Origin: an uncultured cyanobacterium
Lineage (GTDB): Bacteria; Cyanobacteriota; Cyanobacteriia; Cyanobacteriales; Nostocaceae
NCBI GenBank assembly: GCA_963706595.1
Contig: OY970166.1
Location: 3,872,001 to 3,936,000 of the forward strand
DNA length: 64,000 nucleotides
Reading direction: 5' to 3'
Made by a program: the position numbers and the translations under genes. The notes below the pieces were generated by a model. The model was not told the origin of the DNA and ran no database searches. It worked only from the letters and a program-made list of their open reading frames with translations. Positions 18,586 to 28,920 of the stretch are shown piece by piece; position 1 is the stretch's first letter, and every line of letters begins with the position of its first letter.

Positions 18586-20346
18586 ATGGCTATGCTTGAT
18601 TTAATACCATTTGCCTATAAGAATGTTAATCAACTTTGGGCTTATATCTTGACGGAGACACTAAAACGCCTGGGATTGAATTGTGTCGTCATTTGTCCTG
18701 GTTCACGTTCTACACCTTTAGTAGTCGCCTTTGCCCAGCAACAACCTGAGATCGAAGCCATTTCCATTCTCGATGAGCGTTCAGCCGCCTTTTTTGCCTT
18801 GGGAAGAGCCAAAGCCACCGGGCTTCCTGTGGCGCTGGTTTGCACCTCTGGAACAGCCGGAGCGAATTTTTACCCAGCAATCATTGAAGCCAAGGAAAGT
18901 CGCGTACCTTTGTTAGTCTTAACCAGCGATAGACCACAAGAATTGAGAAATTGTCATTCCGGGCAAACCATCGACCAAGTGAAATTATATGGTAGTTACC
19001 CAAACTGGCAAGGAGAGTTAGCTATACCCTCCCCAGACATGAGAATGTTAGGTTATCTACGGCAAACGATCATTCATGCTTGGGAACGCTGTCAAATCCC
19101 TACACAGGGCGCAGTACATTTAAATATTCCCTTTGCTGACCCCCTTGCACCTATTCCCAATGAAATTGACTTAAGCGATTTACAGTCACAGTTCCACCCA
19201 GAAGATTTTTTTGCAGGTATAGCACCTATTCACCCTATCCCTTATTCGCCATTTCCTATTCCCCAAAAGTGGTTAAAATCTGAGCGCGGAATCATTATTG
19301 CCGGTGTAGCCCAACCCCAACAACCAGAGAAATATTGTCAAGCGATCGCGCGTCTTTCCCAAACACTCAACTGGCCTGTTTTAGCTGAAGGACTTTCTCC
19401 AGTTAGAAATTATGCTGACCTCAACCCCTATTTAATTTCCACCTACGACATCATTTTACGTAATCAGCAACTTGCTCAAGAACTAACACCAGAAATAGTA
19501 ATTCAGGTAGGGGAAATGCCTACCAGTAAACAACTACGTAACTGGCTATCTACTACACAACCCCAAATCTGGATACTGGATAAAAGCCATGAAAATCTCG
19601 ACCCTTTGCATGGAAAAGCCACACATTTAAGGGTATCTGTAGAAGAGATAGAAAACTGGGGAATGGGGAATGGTGAACGGGGGCTTTATTTACAAAAATG
19701 GTGTAGCTTTGAAGCCAAAGCCAGAAAAAATATTGATGAAACTTGGGAAAACATAGACGAATTAATTGAAAGTAAAGCCGCTTGGTTAATTTCGCAAACG
19801 CTCCCACCCAGAACACCATTATTTATTTCTAATAGTATGCCAGTGCGGGATGTAGAATTTTTCTGGAAACCGAATAATTTAGCAATAAAACCTTATTTTA
19901 ACCGAGGTGCAAATGGTATTGATGGTACACTTTCCAGCGCTTTAGGCATAGCACACCATCACCAAAGTAGTGTGATGTTAACGGGAGATTTAGCACTTTT
20001 ACATGATACCAACGGATTTTTAATCAGAAATAAGTTTATTGGACATTTAACAATTGTTTTAATTAATAACAATGGTGGGGGAATTTTTGAAATGTTACCC
20101 ATCTCAAAATTCGATCCACCTTTTGAAGAGTTTTTTGCAACTCCCCAGGATATTGATTTTGCTCAGTTATGTGCCACATACAATGTGCAGCATGAGTTAA
20201 TTAGTTCTTGGTTAGAGTTAAAACAAAAGTTGAAGTTGTTACCAAAGCAGGGAATTAGGGTATTAGAAGTCAGGACAAATAGGAAATTAGATGCTAAGTG
20301 GAGGCAAGAGAATTTAGATAAATTTGGGGCGGATATTGCAATTTAA
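18586..20346 (+). CDS. menD: SEPHCHC synthase (menaquinone/phylloquinone biosynthesis)
   Basis: CPGSRSTPL, DERSAAFFALG, CTSGTA, NRGANGIDG, GDLALLHD and NNNGGGIF. Confidence 0.95.
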   Translation: MAMLDLIPFAYKNVNQLWAYILTETLKRLGLNCVVICPGSRSTPLVVAFAQQQPEIEAISILDERSAAFFALGRAKATGLPVALVCTSGTAGANFYPAIIEAKESRVPLLVLTSDRPQELRNCHSGQTIDQVKLYGSYPNWQGELAIPSPDMRMLGYLRQTIIHAWERCQIPTQGAVHLNIPFADPLAPIPNEIDLSDLQSQFHPEDFFAGIAPIHPIPYSPFPIPQKWLKSERGIIIAGVAQPQQPEKYCQAIARLSQTLNWPVLAEGLSPVRNYADLNPYLISTYDIILRNQQLAQELTPEIVIQVGEMPTSKQLRNWLSTTQPQIWILDKSHENLDPLHGKATHLRVSVEEIENWGMGNGERGLYLQKWCSFEAKARKNIDETWENIDELIESKAAWLISQTLPPRTPLFISNSMPVRDVEFFWKPNNLAIKPYFNRGANGIDGTLSSALGIAHHHQSSVMLTGDLALLHDTNGFLIRNKFIGHLTIVLINNNGGGIFEMLPISKFDPPFEEFFATPQDIDFAQLCATYNVQHELISSWLELKQKLKLLPKQGIRVLEVRTNRKLDAKWRQENLDKFGADIAI

Positions 20347-20885
20347 CTATTTATGTCCTATCGAAAAATCTGACTCATATTTTCATTGATTAGGTAAGAT
20401 TATTTACTAACTCAATACTGAGAATAACTCACCATCAATAGCAATCTTTTTGTCACTGTACTTCACAAAAACATACCCCCCAGTAATGGCATTTTGGGGT
20501 AATGCCTTCTCAAAGATGCTGTTAGCTGTTATCCCCGGCTTCACGTAAGAAAATCACAACTGCTGGCTATTTATCCGGTATTTTTCGCATTTTTATGTTA
20601 GAAGTAACAAATCCGGTATTTATCTTTGTTGACCAGTTGGCAAAAGATTTTTGAGGGCTTGATCTCAATCACAATCGGCATCATTTAGCAGCTACTGTAT
20701 TATGAAAAAGACAAAGCTGTTACTATAAGCGGGAGGTTTTCCAGTTCGAGAGTTCAACAGATAAAATATCCCTGTATAAAAAATCTTTGTATGAAAATAT
20801 GGGACAAATGGGTGATTTGGAATTGCCTCAACACTCAAAAATTAGTAACATTTGCTTACCCAGCACTCAGCATTCAATACTTCCT

Positions 20886-22448
20886 ATGTTAGCAGGCACA
20901 ACTTTGCAAGGTGGCAAATACACCCTGATTCAGGAAATAGGGCGCGGTGGCTTTGGCATTACCTTTAAGGCTACTCATAATTACTTAGATCAAGAAGTAG
21001 TTATGAAAACTATTAATGAAAAACTGCGCCAACATCATGATTTTGCCAAATTCGAGCGCCAATTCCAAGATGAAGCCAGAAGATTAGCTACTTGTGTTCA
21101 TCCTCATATTGTCAGGGTCAGTGACTTTTTTATAGAGGATGCACTGCCTTACATGGTGATGGAATACATTCGTGGCGATACTCTGGGCGACGCATTTGTA
21201 TTGCCGGCGATTCCTTTAGCAGAAACAACTGCAATTCATTATATTCGTCAAATTGGCGCAGCATTACAGGTAGTACATAACAATGGTTTGCTGCACCGGG
21301 ATATTAAGCCAGATAATATTATCCTGCGTCAAGGAACTCAGGAAGTAGTCCTGATTGATTTTGGCATTGCCCGCGAATTTAATAATGGTGTGAGACAAAC
21401 TCACACTGGTATGGTTTCTGAGGGCTATTCTCCCCTGGAACAGTATTTGACTCAAGCACCGCGCACGCCCGCTACAGATGTTTATGGTTTGGCGGCAACT
21501 TTGTATGCTTTGTTGACAGCACAAGTTCCCTTACCAGTATTATTGCGCGATCGCGAAAAAATGCCTTCTCCTCGCGAACTGCAACCCCACCTGAGTGCAG
21601 CAGTTAATCAAGCGGTAATGCGTGGTATGGCTGTAGAATCTCAATTTCGTCCCGCAACAGTCGCAGAATGGTTACAATTATTACCTGGAAATAAAATTAA
21701 TCCGCCTCCCCCACCTCTAACTCAGGCAGTGCCAACTATAGTTTTACCTGTGCAGCCGCAGGGAAAAAAAATTCTGCAAAAAACTCGGCTCAGTCAGCCT
21801 AAAAAGCCATCCATGCCTCAGAAGCTGGGGAACTCTAAAATATTCATAGGTTTAAGTGTCGCCGTTGTTGCTGGCACAGCAGGTTTTGGCATCACTACCC
21901 TATTTTCTACTCCGCCACAGACATCTTCACCACCTCTGTTTGAACAGCGCACAATGGAGCCGGAAAAACCATTGACTGATTCACCATCTTCATCTGAGGA
22001 AGAAGAGAATAACAATAGACAAAATCCTCGCGATTCTTTACCAAGTAATTCTACGCCCGTCACAACTCCCAGACAACGCCGGCGTAATATTCCTGTTGCT
22101 CAAGATCAAACTCCAAATAGCAGTAGCCGCAGTTCGAGGGAAAGTCAACCACAATCTAGTTCAACCGAGCCGTCAGTTACTCCTAGTGTTGCTCCCACAC
22201 CGTCATTATTAGAGACGCTGCGAGAAGTTCGTTCAACTCGTGAGGCTTCACCGCCGCCGCGATCGCTAGAAAATAGTTTACCCACTACTAGCCAAGATTC
22301 CACCTCACCCCCACCTGTGAGACCATCAAATTCTCCGAATATACCGACAGTGCTACCACCGACGGAAGCAAAACGCTCAGATCCTCCGGCTGTGGTAGTC
22401 CCAACTGTGGAGAACAAGCCAAGTTCAATAGTACTGCCTAATGACTAG
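20886..22448 (+). CDS. Membrane Ser/Thr protein kinase with Pro/Ser/Thr-rich C-terminal tail
   Basis: [17 protein letters not shown] and GYSPLEQY; one hydrophobic helix then a low-complexity tail; likely ATG at 20886. Confidence 0.9.
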   Translation: MLAGTTLQGGKYTLIQEIGRGGFGITFKATHNYLDQEVVMKTINEKLRQHHDFAKFERQFQDEARRLATCVHPHIVRVSDFFIEDALPYMVMEYIRGDTLGDAFVLPAIPLAETTAIHYIRQIGAALQVVHNNGLLHRDIKPDNIILRQGTQEVVLIDFGIAREFNNGVRQTHTGMVSEGYSPLEQYLTQAPRTPATDVYGLAATLYALLTAQVPLPVLLRDREKMPSPRELQPHLSAAVNQAVMRGMAVESQFRPATVAEWLQLLPGNKINPPPPPLTQAVPTIVLPVQPQGKKILQKTRLSQPKKPSMPQKLGNSKIFIGLSVAVVAGTAGFGITTLFSTPPQTSSPPLFEQRTMEPEKPLTDSPSSSEEEENNNRQNPRDSLPSNSTPVTTPRQRRRNIPVAQDQTPNSSSRSSRESQPQSSSTEPSVTPSVAPTPSLLETLREVRSTREASPPPRSLENSLPTTSQDSTSPPPVRPSNSPNIPTVLPPTEAKRSDPPAVVVPTVENKPSSIVLPND

Positions 22449-22539
22449 TACAACACGGCGTTCGTGGGGAGGGGTATATTGCAATACGCCCTTACAGTCA
22501 AAAAGCTGAATAAACAGGCTGTTGAACGATTTAAAATCG

Positions 22540-22830
22540 TTGGTTTATGGACGCGGTGCGGGAAAATTTTACCGAAAGGCGAGAGGAAAGCCCCCCACTT
22601 CAGGCGCGGGGATGAACTCGGTTGCGGCTTCAGTCGCAACCGAGACAATACTCTTCTCTAATCGAGAATATTGAATGGGAAATATACTTTTTGGCTGACG
22701 ATCTAGTGCGGATTGATTGGCAATCTGGACTGCTGCCGATTCCCTCTGCGATCGCTCGACAAGATTCGCCAGAGATAGCGGGAAAATTTCCCGAACGCGG
22801 CGATCGCTTCAGCATATTTACGGATATTGA
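22540..22830 (+). pseudogene. Possible N-terminal remnant of a GH31 alpha-glucosidase
   Basis: EIYFLADDLVRIDWQSGLLPIPSAIARQD recalls the N-terminus of cyanobacterial GH31 enzymes; no full-length ORF. Confidence 0.4.
22586..22644. mobile_element. Isolated IS200/IS605-like end (double hairpin)
   Basis: gaaagCCCCccacttcaggcgcGGGGatgaa followed by hairpin CTCGGTTGCGGC-ttca-GTCGCAACCGAG; no tnpA or tnpB nearby. Confidence 0.5.
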
Positions 22831-23266
22831 TGTGAGATAAAAGTTGCGTGCTTATGCAATGGGACAGACAACAGCTTCTCCGGGTGCTGATTATGTGGGT
22901 ATAATACCAGCTAATATTAAATTTTATAGCAAAAAAACCTTTAGAGGACGGCTCCTATCTATCTTGGATTTATCCTGCAAAAAAAATGTAAGAAAAAAGT
23001 TGTTAACCAGGGAATATCATCAACCTTGAGTTGATACAAAAATACTATTGATTGATTTTCAATTCATCTTTTCGGACTAAAAACCCATATTCATTCCCAA
23101 AAACCAGGAGAACTTGTACAGAACGTTTTCAAGCGCCAGATGTGATCCTCTGACGATGGGATAGAAAATATTCGTAATAGGTTTGTGACATGAATTCAAG
23201 TTGCATCTGTTTTGTGTGATTTTCAAGTTTTAAGTAGGTAAACTTAACTGAGAATAGGAGATAAAA

Positions 23267-24433
23267 ATGCTAAAGGTTGTTGTTGGTCATAGCGAAGATC
23301 CAGAATCTCAAGATGCAATACTAGAAGTTTTAGAACAATGTTCTCAAGATTTAGCAGGTGTCATACCCCAGGCGGGTATTTTATTTGCAGCCATCGATTT
23401 TGACCATCCTCTTATCCTTAAAGAAATTAACCAAGTATTTCCTAAAATGGATTTAATTGGTTGCACTACAGATGGTGAAATATCTTCAAGATTAGGGTTT
23501 CAGCAAGATTCTTTGACGCTGATGCTCTTTTGTTCTGACAGTGTAGAAATTCGTGCTGGTGTGGGGTATGGGACAAAGGATAATCCTTTGGCCTCGGCTG
23601 ACCAAGCAGTGCAACAAGCAACTGAGAAAAGCACTCATGCTCCAAAACTATGTATCACCATACCTGCTAGCTACATAGAAGATGCCTCAACCACTGATGG
23701 AGAGCTAATTCTTCAGGGTCTTAAGCTAGCTTTGGGTTCGCAAATTCCTATTTTAGGTGGGACGGCTGGAGATCAGTTTAGATTTAAAACAACTTACCAA
23801 TTTTTTGGCAAAGAAGTTCTCACAGACTCCTTACCAGTTCTGATCTTTTCGGGAGATATTCAATTTTCTTATGGAATTAGCTGTGGTTGGCAACCAATTG
23901 GTCAGAAAAGCATTGTCACCAAGGCTGAGGGGACCGTCCTTTACGAGGTTGATGGTAAATCAGCATTGGAATTTTATGCTCGCTATTTGGGCGATCGCAC
24001 ACCGACTGCGGAAAATCCATTAGCAGTCTATAAAGAAGATAGCGATCTCTACTATATGCGAGTGCCTAACACTTATAATATTGACAATGGAAGCATCAAT
24101 TTTTTAGGAAATATTCCAGAACAAGCAACAGTGCAAATTACAGATATCAGTCGGGACGAAGTTATTATAGCTGCTGAAGTTTCATTAAAAAATGCCTTAG
24201 AAAATTATCCGGGAACAGAACCAGAAGCCGTTTTATTATTTTCTTGTTGCTGTCGCCGTTGGGTTTTAGGTACAAGAGCAAAGGAAGAATATCAACTCGT
24301 CAAAAAGTTACTCTCTCAAGAAGTACCTGTTTGTGGATTCTATACCTATGGGGAATTTGCTCCATTAGAGCATCAAGGTTCGACTTACTATCACCAAGAA
24401 ACTTTTGTTACTCTACTTTTGGGAACAAAGTAG
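23267..24433 (+). CDS. FIST (NosP-like) signal-sensing protein, FIST_N + FIST_C
   Basis: IGCTTDGEI, GGTAGD, GWQPIG, LFSCCCRR, GFYTYGEFAP and YHQETFV. Confidence 0.9.
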   Translation: MLKVVVGHSEDPESQDAILEVLEQCSQDLAGVIPQAGILFAAIDFDHPLILKEINQVFPKMDLIGCTTDGEISSRLGFQQDSLTLMLFCSDSVEIRAGVGYGTKDNPLASADQAVQQATEKSTHAPKLCITIPASYIEDASTTDGELILQGLKLALGSQIPILGGTAGDQFRFKTTYQFFGKEVLTDSLPVLIFSGDIQFSYGISCGWQPIGQKSIVTKAEGTVLYEVDGKSALEFYARYLGDRTPTAENPLAVYKEDSDLYYMRVPNTYNIDNGSINFLGNIPEQATVQITDISRDEVIIAAEVSLKNALENYPGTEPEAVLLFSCCCRRWVLGTRAKEEYQLVKKLLSQEVPVCGFYTYGEFAPLEHQGSTYYHQETFVTLLLGTK

Positions 24434-24439
24434 AAAATT

Positions 24440-25573
24440 ATGGAGCATAATGACTACAGTTCCAGAATAAAACTTTTAGAGAAAAATATTCGGATTCTCC
24501 AGAAAAAACTTGACCGTTCAGAAGCAGATCGAAAACAACTTGAGAATGCTAGTGACCTCAGAGAATCTATTTTTAAAAGTGTAATTAGAGAATTAGAAGA
24601 GTCGCAGATCGCTTTAAAAAAAAGAGGTAATGAACTAGAAACTGCATTAGCCAATCTCCAAAATTTGCAGATTAAACTGGTAGAATCTGAAAAAATGTCT
24701 GCTCTCGGAGTTCTGATAGCTGGAATTGCTCATGAAATTAACAATCCAGTTAGCTTTATCTACGGTAACTTAACTTATGCTAACAACTATTTTCAAGATT
24801 TAATAAGATTAGTAGAACTTTATCAACACTATTACCCTGAACCAGTAGACGCAATTAAAAAAGAAATTGAAGTCATGGAGCTGGAATTTATCAAGCAAGA
24901 TTCTGTAAAACTCCTTCAGTCTATGAATATAGGAGCAGAGAGAATTATAGAAATTGTTAAATCCCTCCGCACCTTCTCTCACTTAGATGAGGCGGAGTTT
25001 AAAGCAATAAATCTTCATGAAGGCATTGATAGTACATTAATCATTTTAAATCAACGTATCAAACCATCTATAACTAATAAAAAAGGCATTGAAATAATTA
25101 AAAACTATAGTAAATTGCCATTAATAGAATGTTGTCCTGGACAAATGAATCAGGTATTTATGAATATTTTAGTCAATGCTATAGATGCTTTAGAAGAGTC
25201 ATTACTCAATAATGATATGTCAATTGTCCGTCAACAAACTAATGATAATCAACCACTGAAAAATAAAAATCCACAAATTCGTATTTGTACAGATATCATT
25301 AATAATGAATGGGTAGAAATTCGGTTTATTGATAATGCTTTGGGAATGAATGAAGAAGTTAAAGGAAAATTATTTGATCCATTTTTTACAACCAAAGATG
25401 TTGGCAAAGGAACAGGCTTAGGTTTATCAATTAGTTACCGAATTATCACAGAACTCCATCATGGCAAATTCAATTGTTATTCAGCACCTGGGTGTGGATC
25501 TGAATTTGTGATTAAGATTCCCCTTCGACAGAAACCCGACACTTTCAAACCAGATGCAATCCTCACTTCGTGA
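24440..25573 (+). CDS. Cytoplasmic sensor histidine kinase (coiled coil + HisKA + HATPase)
   Basis: AGIAHEINNP, QVFMNILVNAIDA and FDPFFTTKDVGKGTGLGL; starts 6 nt after the FIST gene stop. Confidence 0.92.
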   Translation: MEHNDYSSRIKLLEKNIRILQKKLDRSEADRKQLENASDLRESIFKSVIRELEESQIALKKRGNELETALANLQNLQIKLVESEKMSALGVLIAGIAHEINNPVSFIYGNLTYANNYFQDLIRLVELYQHYYPEPVDAIKKEIEVMELEFIKQDSVKLLQSMNIGAERIIEIVKSLRTFSHLDEAEFKAINLHEGIDSTLIILNQRIKPSITNKKGIEIIKNYSKLPLIECCPGQMNQVFMNILVNAIDALEESLLNNDMSIVRQQTNDNQPLKNKNPQIRICTDIINNEWVEIRFIDNALGMNEEVKGKLFDPFFTTKDVGKGTGLGLSISYRIITELHHGKFNCYSAPGCGSEFVIKIPLRQKPDTFKPDAILTS

Positions 25574-25630
25574 CAAAGAATGTCGAGACTTTACATAGAA
25601 AGTTTTAATATCTTAATTTTTCCGCACCAC

Positions 25631-25677
25631 AAAACAAAATCCACCTCAACTTTTGACTGTTTGGTGGACTTGTTTTT
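25631..25677 (-). terminator. Intrinsic terminator downstream of ssrA
   Basis: aaaacaaaaTCCACC...GGTGGActtgttttt inverted repeat directly after the tmRNA 3' end. Confidence 0.55.
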
Positions 25678-25683
25678 AGTTTT

Positions 25684-26077
25684 TAGTGGATCCGAGCAGA
25701 GTCGAACTGCTGTCCAGACTGGGTATTTACCCCCCGCTCATTCACAGGTTTAGCCTTTCTAATCCTCAAGGCGGGAATCGTTCATTATCCCGAACGTAGG
25801 ATGCTCTGATTAAGTCTTAGCTAACAAGCCAACCAGAGAACACTTGTTAGAGCGTCCGTTGGGGGTTGGTCTCTAGTCCTTAACGGAGTCAAACCAGAGA
25901 CGCTCGAACCTGTAAGAGGTTTTTAGGCAGCTGCTACTAGAGCAGGCTTACGAGCAAAGCTAACGATGTTATTCGCATTTACTTTTTGTTTTGAGCCTTT
26001 GATTTGCGAGAGGAGACTCACTCTCGACCTGAATCACAGAGTAGCGTTCGCCAACCTGTCGAAACCGTGACGGACCC
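25684..26077 (-). ncRNA. ssrA: tmRNA (transfer-messenger RNA)
   Basis: 5' GGGTCCG pairs with 3' CGGATCC-A with a G3:U wobble; GGTTTCGACAGG and T-arm GTTCGACTC; tag reading frame 25976-25923 encodes ANNIVSFARKPALVAAA-stop. Confidence 0.97.
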
Positions 26078-26239
26078 ATGAGGTTGATATATCCATTGTA
26101 ATACGCCGTTTGGGAAATGTGTTGAGATCCCCAAAATTTGATCGAGAAAATTTGATATTTTTGCATTAAGCAAATTAATTATCGGGGCGTGGCGATACCA
26201 TGCCCCAGGGAATTATCAGTTAAAAATCTCTAGTGATTT

Positions 26240-26590
26240 TCATCCTTCGACAACTTGGGGGAGTCCCATGCTGTAGTTAGTGACACGAGCTGAGAGATTG
26301 TAACTGATTTCACCTTTTTGCAAGAGCGATCGCAGATAATGCTCCAAGTCTGATCCAATGCGGCGTAAGTTATAATCGGTTAAATCAACGCCACTAGATG
26401 CTTCTACTAATTCATCAAATTGGCGATAAACCTTTTGTAGCGCATCCTCATTCCAATTGAATTCGTTGTCTGGGTCAATATCCAAGGTTAATACCTGATT
26501 GCTTGGAACCAGTTCGCCATCCCGGTCAATTTCTGCCGCGAAAATTCGGATATGCCGGGTTGTGGACTTGAGCAGCATCGGGTTGTCCAT
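26240..26590 (-). CDS. ndhM: NAD(P)H-quinone oxidoreductase subunit M
   Basis: [39 protein letters not shown] and NYSMGLP. Confidence 0.95.
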   Translation of the reverse strand: MDNPMLLKSTTRHIRIFAAEIDRDGELVPSNQVLTLDIDPDNEFNWNEDALQKVYRQFDELVEASSGVDLTDYNLRRIGSDLEHYLRSLLQKGEISYNLSARVTNYSMGLPQVVEG

Positions 26591-26804
26591 AAAAGGGCGT
26601 AAGCTTTGCTTTAATTACACTGAATTAATTGTAGCCCTTATGCCTGGGCTTAAATCAGTTATCAGTGAACAGTGAACAGTTATCAAGGCATCAGGTGGGG
26701 ACTTGATAAAGAAGCAGGCAGAAATTACTTTAAACTTCCGGTTACTTAACAACGATTCCTCTTCTCCCTTGCACCCTGCCTTTTGTTGAACCCCAAAATG
26801 ATTT

Positions 26805-26820
26805 TGTAGCCTCAGATACA
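26805..26820. promoter_or_regulatory. Candidate NtcA site in the ndhM / Npun_R1517-like divergent intergenic region
   Basis: tGTAgcctcagaTACa matches GTA-N8-TAC with T/A flanks. Confidence 0.55.
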
Positions 26821-27433
26821 TTTGTCAGAGGATAAATTTCAACTACTTTTACTTATTAGGTCTATGAGACTCCCAGATCAGCTACTCTACTTAAATAGAT
26901 TAGCTGGAAGTTTTGATATCTTTTAACAATATGATTTGAGTTGTGCTGAATTTGTTCATCAACATCTCTGGAATTTTCAGGTTGGCTAAAACGTACATCA
27001 AGTAATTTTACGTAATTCTGGTAAAAGTACCTCTGGCTATAATGAAAGCACCTAAAATAGGCATTTTAACTTAAGTAATAACACTAGAAATTAAGTAAAA
27101 AGTCAAACTATTATGATCTAAATAATAAAGTTAATGTAAAAACCTTTAAAAACCGAGGACAAGTTCTTACAGAAACTTTATTGTATAAGATCCCAAAAAC
27201 TGAATAATAGTTATGGCTTACCTAAAAGCACATCTGGCTCAGGAATATCACGATTAACTCTTGAAGTCTAGTTAAGAAAAAACCCAGGAGAGTGAATTAT
27301 AGAATACAACTGTTGTGGATTGAAGAAAGACTTTTAATTCCAGCACTGTGAATGAAAACAAAATATAAAGTATTTTGGCTAGGGATATAATTCCTCACCC
27401 TGACGACCACTAAGTAAAAAAATACTCACAACT

Positions 27434-27718
27434 ATGAACTCCAAAGCATTACCACGCCAAATCAATAATATCGAAGTAGGTGTTTATGAGTGCGAAATAC
27501 ATCTTAAGTTTCGGCTAATTGAAGAAAAAAGTCTATTAAGCGATCGCGAGCAACTGTTACAGGTGTTGCTAGATGCTTTAACAGAAGGCTCTGATGAGTT
27601 TCTAGAGACGCTGCAAGCATCTGTGAAGGCGCAGGAAGTGTCTGAGTTCAAAGCCTCACCACAAATGCGCCGCCAGTTGATGCGCTTACGTAATGCGGTT
27701 GACAATACTCAATCGTAA
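27434..27718 (+). CDS. Npun_R1517-family small protein (heterocyst-differentiation-associated regulator)
   Basis: MNSKALPRQINNIEVGVYECEIHLKFRLIEEK...ASPQMRRQLMRLRN recognised as the Nostocales family. Confidence 0.8.
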   Translation: MNSKALPRQINNIEVGVYECEIHLKFRLIEEKSLLSDREQLLQVLLDALTEGSDEFLETLQASVKAQEVSEFKASPQMRRQLMRLRNAVDNTQS

Positions 27719-28125
27719 AAAAGCTAAAAACCTCAAACTTTAATTGAGTCATAGCAAAGTCATCAACTAGGCAGAAAATGGTGAACTTTTTTGGAGTATT
27801 CCATTGCTTCCTATGTAGTTTTATCAAGGGTTAGCTTGTATAACTTTACGCCAAAAAGACAAGCTATAGTTTACCCTACTCTTTGAGAAGCCAAAAATAG
27901 CATCTACACACAATAAATCCAACAGTTTACATTACGGAAATTGCGGAATGTCTACGAAAAGACTAATACCTGAATCTCACAGCAGGTAATTGTTTTTCAA
28001 AACTGAGATTTCAGTACAATTGCTTTAACCAGGGTTTTGCTTCGATTTGTAGAAAGATTAGCTAGTAATCTGCCAAAAAGCCGATAGAATCAGCTTTTGA
28101 GCAAAAATGATGGTGATATTTAAGT

Positions 28126-28821
28126 TTACTGAGCAAGACCGTGTTCCAGTGCAAAACGAACTAACTCAGTGCGGCTATTCGTGCCAGTTTTACTAAACAA
28201 ACGGCTGACGTATTTTTCCACGTTCCGGACACTGGTTTCTAAACGTCGGGCGATTTCTTTGTTCATTAACCCTTCCGCTACCAAATTTAAAACGCTTTGC
28301 TCTCTGGGGGTCAAGTCAATTTTAAATGGGGCTGGGGATGTGGAGATTGCACTTCTTTGAGTTAACAAAGCTTTAATTTGAGCAATCTGATTAGCTAGTT
28401 CAGCAATGTCAATAGTTTCGTTCTCTTCACCAGTGCTTGTCACCTTAGTGAGTCGGCGCGACAGTAAATTTTCCACTATGGCCACTAATTCATCTGGATC
28501 GAATGGCTTGGGTAGGTACGCATCAACACCTGCTTGGTAGCCCTGAATGCGATCGCCTGTCATGCCTTTAGCAGTTAAAAATACCACTGGAAGTGCTTGA
28601 AAACGGGGATCGTCTCGCAGTTGTTTGAGGAACTGATAGCCATCCACCTGGGGCATCATGACATCAGAAATCACTAAATCAGGTGTATTTTGCTGCATCA
28701 AATCCCAGCCTTCACGGGCGTTACTGGCAACTTGAACGCTGAAACCGCTTTCTTGTAAGTAGTCTCTCACAGCTTCCCGCAATCCCGGTTCATCATCTAC
28801 CAGTAACAATTGTGCTGACAT
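28126..28821 (-). CDS. NarL/LuxR-family response regulator (Ycf29-like)
   Basis: LLVDDE, DLVISDVMMP and FLTAK receiver; LTPREQSVL...GLMNKEIA HTH. Confidence 0.92.
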   Translation of the reverse strand: MSAQLLLVDDEPGLREAVRDYLQESGFSVQVASNAREGWDLMQQNTPDLVISDVMMPQVDGYQFLKQLRDDPRFQALPVVFLTAKGMTGDRIQGYQAGVDAYLPKPFDPDELVAIVENLLSRRLTKVTSTGEENETIDIAELANQIAQIKALLTQRSAISTSPAPFKIDLTPREQSVLNLVAEGLMNKEIARRLETSVRNVEKYVSRLFSKTGTNSRTELVRFALEHGLAQ

Positions 28822-28920
28822 TTAAGTTTCCCTGTGTTTACCTGTTTCCAATTTAGCGAAAGTTGGCAGGTATTGGTTAAATTTAGAGAACGCTGATGCC
28901 GGAATGAAATTGAAAAGCTG

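Noticed and set aside
20394..20407. GTA-N8-TAC upstream of the Ser/Thr kinase, and two ATCCGGTATTT copies near 20573 and 20611
   Set aside because: Lacks the T/A flanks and is far from the start; TCCGGT is a mismatch to the heterocyst TCCGGA motif. Chance occurrence in AT-rich DNA cannot be excluded.
22844..23029. 61-aa ORF upstream of the FIST gene
   Set aside because: No recognisable motif or good start; possibly another remnant but unsupported.
22450..25684. Integrative element at the tmRNA 3' end
   Set aside because: No integrase and no duplicated ssrA 3' fragment found by eye.
25684..25686. tmRNA ends CTA rather than CCA
   Set aside because: Cyanobacteria commonly add CCA post-transcriptionally; not unusual.
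25969..26166. 65-aa ORF overlapping ssrA
   Set aside because: Spurious frame across the tmRNA gene and its promoter.
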